This document shows positions 60,564 to 64,000 of a stretch of DNA of 64,000 nucleotides, piece by piece. The number at the start of each line of letters is the position of its first letter. Position 1 is the first letter of the stretch. The DNA is taken from NCBI GenBank assembly GCA_040285855.1, contig JAUFOQ010000013.1, positions 496,001 to 560,000 on the forward strand, read 5' to 3'. The stretch comes from Eukaryota sp. GEM-RC1. Lineage: Eukaryota. The position numbers and the translations under genes are program-made. The notes beneath the pieces were generated by a model. It saw nothing but the letters and a program-made list of their open reading frames with translations, did not search any database and was not told the origin of the DNA.

Positions 60564-61511
60564 TTAAAAATACATTCTATTTTTGTGTAGTGATTTTAAC
60601 GACTGTTGTGTTTGACTGTTGATTGAGTTGTTACCTAGATCGATCGCAGAAACTGAAGAATTCACCTTCAACACTTCAGCAATTGCAATAGCTCCTTCAA
60701 CACCAATTGAGTTGTAATCTAGATTGATCTTAGAAACTGAAGAATTCACCTTCAACGCTTCAGCAATTGCAATAGCTCCTTCAACACCAATTGAGTTGAA
60801 ACCTAGATTGATCTTAGAAACTGAAGAATTTACCTTCAAAGCTTCAGCAATTGCAATAGCTCCTTCAGTACCAATTGAGTTGTTAAATAGATAAATCGCA
60901 GAAACTGAAGAATTCACCTTCAAAGCTTCAGCAATTGCAATAGCTCCTTCAGTACCAATTGAGTTCGCAATAGCTCCTTCAGGACCAATTGAGTTGATAT
61001 CTAGAAAAATCGTAGAAACTGAAGAATTCACCTTCAAAGCTTCAGCAATCGCAATAGCTCCTTCAGGACCAATTGAGTTCGCAATAGCTCCTTCAGGACC
61101 AATTGAGTTCGCAATAGCTCCTTCAGGACCAATTGAGTTGATATCTAGAAAAATCGTAGAAACTGAAGAATTCACCTTCAAAGCTTCAGCAATCGCAATA
61201 GCTCCTTCAGGACCAATTGAGTTGTTATCAAGAAAAATCGTAGAAACTGAAGAATTCACCTTCAAAGCTTCAGCAATCGCAATAGCTTCTTCAACACCAA
61301 TTGAGTTGAAACCTAGATAAATCTCAGAAACTGAAGAATTCACCTTCAAAGATTCAGCAATTGCAATAGCTCCTTCATTACCAATTGAGTTGTTCCTTAG
61401 ATCGATCGTAGAAACTGAAGAATTCACCTTCAAAGATTCAGCAATTGCAATAGCTCCTTCAGGACCAATTGAGTTGTTATCTAGATAAATCGTAGAAACC
61501 TCATTTCTCAC
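60564..61511 (-). pseudogene. LRR cassette, open frame of 315 codons but no ATG
   Basis: 5' end reads TGA GAT GAA AGG GTG AGA AAT GAG (ATG>AGG). Confidence 0.8.
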
Positions 61512-61872
61512 CCTTTCATCTCAACAATGTCAATAATGAAACTGTACATTGGTAATTCGATGGTAAATGTATAGTAGAAATTAACAATACTTCAGATACT
61601 AATAAATTTCTGTTGCTGTTGAGAACAATAGCAAAGTACCAGTAAATAACGTGTGTTATTCACCAGGGTAGTATTTAAAATCTGTACTTGAACATCTGCT
61701 AAACTACTATGATATTTCACTCTGTCACGGAGTTTTGTTTGGGATAATGATTGTTCTGAGCTAAAGGATTTTTCAAGTGTGTATTATATTCACCGATTAA
61801 TTATGGTACTTTTGATGAGAAATTAATTATGATTAATGACAAATGTGATTTTTATATACAATGAAAACTTGT

Positions 61873-62820
61873 TTAAAAATACATTCTATTTTTGTGCAGT
61901 GATTTTAACGTCTGTTGTGTTTGACTGTTGATTGAGTTGTTACCTAGATCGATCGCAGAAACTGAAGAATTCACCTTCAACGCTTCAGCAATTGCAATAG
62001 CTCCTTCAACACCAATTGAGTTGTAATCTAGATTGATCTTAGAAACTGAAGAATTCACCTTCAACGCTTCAGCAATTGAAATAGCTCCTTCAACACCAAT
62101 TGAGTTGAAACCTAGATTGATCTTAGAAACTGAAGAATTTACCTTCAAAGCTTCAGCAATTGCAATAGCTCCTTCAGTACCAATTGAGTTGTTAAATAGA
62201 TAAATCGTAGAAACTGAAGAATTCACCTTCAAAGCTTCAGCAATTGCAATAGCTCCTTCAGTACCAATTGAGTTCGCAATAGCTCCTTCAGGACCAATTG
62301 AGTTGTTATCTAGAAAAATCGTAGAAACTGAAGAATTCACCTTCAAAGCTTCAGCAATCGCAATAGCTCCTTCAGGACCAATTGAGTTCGCAATAGCTCC
62401 TTCAGGACCAATTGAGTTCGCAATAGCTCCTTCAGGACCAATTGAGTTGATATCTAGAAAAATCGTAGAAACTGAAGAATTCACCTTCAAAGCTTCAGCA
62501 ATCGCAATAGCTCCTTCAGGACCAATTGAGTTGTTATCAAGAAAAATCGTAGAAACTGAAGAATTCACCTTCAAAGCTTCAGCAATCGCAATAGCTTCTT
62601 CAACACCAATTGAGTTGAAACCTAGATAAATCTCAGAAACTGAAGAATTCACCTTCAAAGATTCAGCAATTGCAATAGCTCCTTCATTACCAATTGAGTT
62701 GTTCCTTAGATCGATCGTAGAAACTGAAGAATTCACCTTCAAAGATTCAGCAATTGCAATAGCTCCTTCAGGACCAATTGAGTTGTTATCTAGATAAATC
62801 GTAGAAACCTCATTTCTCAC
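61873..62820 (-). pseudogene. LRR cassette, open frame of 315 codons but no ATG
   Basis: Same 5' end as 60564-61511; 1309-bp period. Confidence 0.8.
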
Positions 62821-63182
62821 CCTTTCATCTCAACAATGTCAATAATGAAACTGTACATTGGTAATTCGATGGTAAATGTATAGTAGAAATTAACAATACT
62901 TCAGATACTAATAAATTTCTGTTGCTGTTGAGAACAATAGCAAAAGTACCAGTAAATAACGTGTGTTATTCACCAGGGTAGTATTTAAAATCTGTACTTG
63001 AACATCTGCTAAACTACTATGATATTTCACTCTGTAACGGAGTTTTGTTTGGGATAATGATTGTTCCGAGCTAAAGGATTTTTCAAGTGTGTATTATATT
63101 CACCGATTAATTATGGTACTTTTGATGAGAAATTAATTATGATTAATGACAAATGTGATTTTTATATACAATGAAAACTTGT

Positions 63183-63836
63183 TTAAAAATACATTCTATT
63201 TTTGTGTAGTGATTTTAACGACTGTTGTGTTTGACTGTTGATTGAGTTGTTATCTAGATAAATCGTAGTAACTGAAGAATTCACCTTCAAAGCTTCAGCA
63301 ATTGCAATAGCTCCTTCATTACCAATTAAGTTGTTATATAGATTGATCGTAGAAACTGAAGAATTCACCTTCAAAGATTCAGCAATTGCAATAGCTCCTT
63401 CAGGACCAATTGAGTTGTTATCTAGATAAATCGTAGTAACTGAAGAATTCACCTTCAAAGCTTCAGCAATTGCAATAGCTCCTTCATTACCAATTGAGTT
63501 GTTATCTAGATAAATCGTAGAAACCTCATTTCTCACCATTTCATCATAACAATTCTTCAACTTCGAACTAAGCTTGCTCCAATCAATAACAAGCTCCTTC
63601 TCTTCAACTTGTTGTACAAGGCACACACTTTCAATAGACTTGATTGGCGAAGGAGTGTCATCTAGAAGCCTAGCAGAAGCAACATTGGACTCCGAAACAA
63701 CGGAAAGAGAGGCCAAACGACGAGAAGCTTCGGAGTGAATAGAGCAAAGTTCTTCATTTAAAGAGGAGATGATAGCGGATTGGTTGTTAAGTAGGGTGGA
63801 AGTTGTGGTAATGAAGTTTCCTCTTTCAATCTCACC
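63183..63836 (-). pseudogene. 3' half of a second TRIM-LRR paralogue (linker, 3 LRRs, cap), interrupted at its 5' side by a repeat
   Basis: NFITTTSTLLNNQSAIISSLNEELCSIHSEASRRLASLSVVSESN..KLKNCYDEMVRNEV is nearly identical to 24330-24624. The frame closes upstream within the repeat at 63837 onward. Confidence 0.85.
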
Positions 63837-64000
63837 TGTTTCTGTACCTTATCAATAACGTGTTTTGTTTTTAAGATATTCTAGAGAAAAAATATCCAAT
63901 ACTGGGTCGATTAGTTAATCTTACATAATTTACTAAATTTAAGATGTACAAAAGCGGTTTTGTGTGTTGACACAGAGACAAAAACTTTTTTTGACAACAC
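63837..64000. repeat. Dispersed repeat beginning TGTTTCTGTACC, copy B (runs off the window)
   Basis: Matches 34868-35036. Confidence 0.85.

Larger units (their letters stand above)
35462..63182 (-). repeat. LRR cassette array 2: 25 LRR-only units separated by a conserved spacer of about 360 bp
   Basis: Repeating unit: 5' junction, n x 84 bp, NSINSQTQQSLKSLHKNRxxF*, spacer. Confidence 0.95.

Noticed and set aside
14973..62629. Plus-strand ORFs of the type IVETEEFTFKASAIAIAPSLPIEL
   Set aside because: These are antisense shadows of the LRR repeats, mostly with non-ATG starts, and end wherever a variable codon creates a stop.
14945..63520. CRISPR-like pattern of constant repeat plus short variable segment
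   Set aside because: The period is exactly 84 bp and in frame with an LRR protein, variable segments are related and reused, there are no cas genes, and the context is eukaryotic.
14945..63520. Diversity-generating retroelement (adenine mutagenesis of AAY codons)
   Set aside because: The variable codons look like AAN derivatives, but silent third-position adenines in the scaffold (TCA, CTA, GCA, GGA, GAA) are essentially fixed. No reverse transcriptase or TR/VR pair is visible.

Overview
AT-rich eukaryotic DNA, probably from a protist: standard code, intron-poor genes, hAT and non-LTR element debris. The dominant feature is a cassette-like receptor locus on the minus strand. An intact, intronless RING/B-box/B-box/coiled-coil (TRIM-like) gene with a C-terminal 28-aa LRR solenoid (23569-25356) is followed by 6 tandem LRR-only cassettes (14873-23209). 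The 3' half of a second TRIM-LRR copy (63183-63836) is followed by 25 more (35806-62820). Each cassette starts at the same point, about 35 bp of homology to the TRIM gene's LRR N-cap. Most carry their own C-cap and stop codon and are separated by a conserved spacer of about 360 bp. The 84-bp repeat scaffold is almost invariant, whereas five codons at the predicted concave beta-strand face are hypervariable, and repeat modules are shuffled within and between the arrays. This looks like a reservoir for diversifying the recognition domain of an E3 ligase, analogous to VLR or antigenic-variation cassettes; the function is inferred, not shown. The rest of the window holds a frameshifted RING plus nucleotidyltransferase-like gene, a divergent TECR-like membrane protein, decayed kinase, DEAH-helicase, Sel1 and kelch genes, hAT elements and MITEs, and fragments of an RLE-type retrotransposon.
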